Shown here: piece by piece, positions 62,354 to 64,000 of the stretch | How positions within the stretch are numbered: the stretch's first letter is position 1 | How the letters are laid out: every line of letters begins with the position of its first letter | Source of the DNA: Podarcis pityusensis | Lineage: Eukaryota | Direction: 5' to 3' (one strand) | Assembly (NCBI GenBank): GCA_964106645.2 | Contig: CAXKZF020000004.1 | DNA length: 64,000 nt | Notes under the pieces: generated by a model | The model's database searches: none | The model's input: only the letters and a program-made list of their open reading frames with translations | Told to the model about the DNA's origin: nothing | Made by a program: the position numbers and the translations under genes

Positions 62354-62385
<32 letters not shown>
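61488..62385 (+). mobile_element. L2 LINE, 5'-truncated, with about 260 open codons of the ORF2 C-terminus
   Basis: WMAANRLRLNPDKTE...LDYCNALY...QNAAARL...HITPVLRDLHWLP...LWNALP motifs and a (TTA)n tail. Confidence 0.93.
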
Positions 62386-64000
62386 CCTGCTTGGTGGCTC
62401 CTTGGAATGGCTTTGCAGATGTGAGAACCATCAACTTAATTTCCCTGGCCCCCTGCAGGCCCAGAACAAGAGCCCATGCACGGATCTCTGCTTTGCTTTT
62501 TTGTGCGCAGGTAGGAAGACAACTGCCATGGAACATACTCTCCTTACCCTGCCCTCCACACTTTTCATTTAAGTCTGTGTGCATACTGCTTCAAAAATAG
62601 ATACACACAGCTTTCTATAGCAGGTAACAAGTCAGCTGTACCTTGGAAATCCAGGTACGGCCTTTTGAGTGTTCTTGAACACGAGCCGATTTTGCAACAG
62701 CTAAATAAAGCTGAAACAGCTCCAGACAGATGTTACTAGGGTCCCTGGCATGGAGGTGGGCTGGCAGGAGGAACTACACAAGCTGCAGGGGAAAAAACAG
62801 CCACCTGTGTGACATGGGGGGGGGGGGGTTACTCAATGCTCATCTTCTCATTCAAGATCGGCCAGTCTGCCTCTTCATGCCACATACAGCTCCAGCAGAA
62901 TGGAATAGACAGAGGAAGAGTCTGTACCATCTTGCAATGGCTCCAGGTCAGCAAATACTGAAGTTTGTGCTGCAGCAATTTCTTTCCTCCCATCCTGTTA
63001 CATTGGCACAGCCATCTTGCCTGACTACTGTAACCTCAAGGATGCAAAAACAAAACAAAACAAGGTCTTTGTACAGTTCTGAGATCTGCTCTGGCACAAC
63101 GGCTGATGGTTACTCAAGGCAGCCCAACTTGATGGACATGATCCAGTATGTCACCCCAACCTCACATTTCTGAAGTGCCTTCCATTTAGCAACTTCCTTC
63201 TATCTTATTTTGTCCTGACATGTTGTGCTGCTTGTTTTTGCTATCCACTCTTTACATCAGAGAATGAGACTTAGGACCTGGGCTACACCAACACCTGGGT
63301 TGGAGATGAGGGAGCTTGGCAGGAGGCAAAGAGAAGAAGCAGGGAGGGGAGGGGAGCTTGGAGGCACCCATTTTTAGCAGGCGAGAGTCCTGAGCAGATG
63401 CAGGACTCATGCGGGCAGAGCCAATATCACTTATGCGCCAGTTCCAGAGCTGGCTCCGGGTCCATTGGAACAAAGCGCAGAGCGCAATAACAACACCTGC
63501 AAAGGCAGTTCTACAAATTGCTACATACAGGATTAGCATGCAAATGAACACCATGGAAAAAAATATTAGGCAGCCAGAGACTTGCCCGTGCTGGATCCTG
63601 GCCACATGATATGGTGGGACTAAATGCTTTCATTAGCAAATCCACTTGCTCAATAGGTACGCCTCCCAACCCAACCTTTCCTTGCTAGGATCCATGCCCT
63701 GTCCACGCTTGCAACAGAAAGGCTTGCCATAGCCCTAAGTATTTTTGCCGTATTGTTATGCCACATGGACATAATTTAGCGACTAAAGTGTTTGTCATTA
63801 TGTGCGAGTATTGGCAGGGCGTGTGGGTGATATTTTGAGTCCGTGGTTTCTTAATGCAGGTCACGATGTACCCCCGAAGCGGTAATGCTATGCCAACGAA
63901 CATCCTGCCCTGGCATTTGTTGTGTTCCACGTGGCTTAAGACTGGAATGCTTGCAGGACATTCTTAAAAGTCAAATCCTCAATGAGAAAGCAAGCCTAGC

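Noticed and set aside
36356-64000. SLC45A4 promoter or non-coding first exon
   Set aside because: No CpG island or convincing first exon was seen; it probably lies beyond the window.

Overview
Vertebrate nuclear DNA, inferred to be from a squamate (probably a lacertid lizard, judging by the Sauria SINE, Bov-B, L2, CR1 and Penelope repeats). The window holds the complete coding region of SLC45A4 on the minus strand. It has seven coding exons, all with GT-AG introns and matching phases: 35299-35059, 12669-12481, 8913-8734, 7934-6859, 5619-5520, 5299-5088 and 3657-3292, totalling 2364 nt (787 aa). The 3' UTR is about 1.8 kb, there is a 130-N assembly gap, and about 28 kb of presumed intron 1 is present; the non-coding first exon and promoter are not visible. 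The introns are dense with SINEs, LINE fragments, two solo LTRs and hAT and Tc1/mariner-type MITEs. The most interesting region is the 665-nt first coding exon (35059-35723). It carries four uORFs (8 upstream AUGs) and a 44-nt pure A/U tract with three AAUAAA hexamers just before the start codon. It is bracketed by two copies of one hAT MITE, and back-splicing would close an 81-aa ORF right after the junction. Other highlights are a minimal hammerhead ribozyme in a Penelope element, a MITE holding an array of 40-bp palindromes, and a MITE terminus that appears to supply a splice branch point. All coordinates were read by hand; no alignments or database searches were run.
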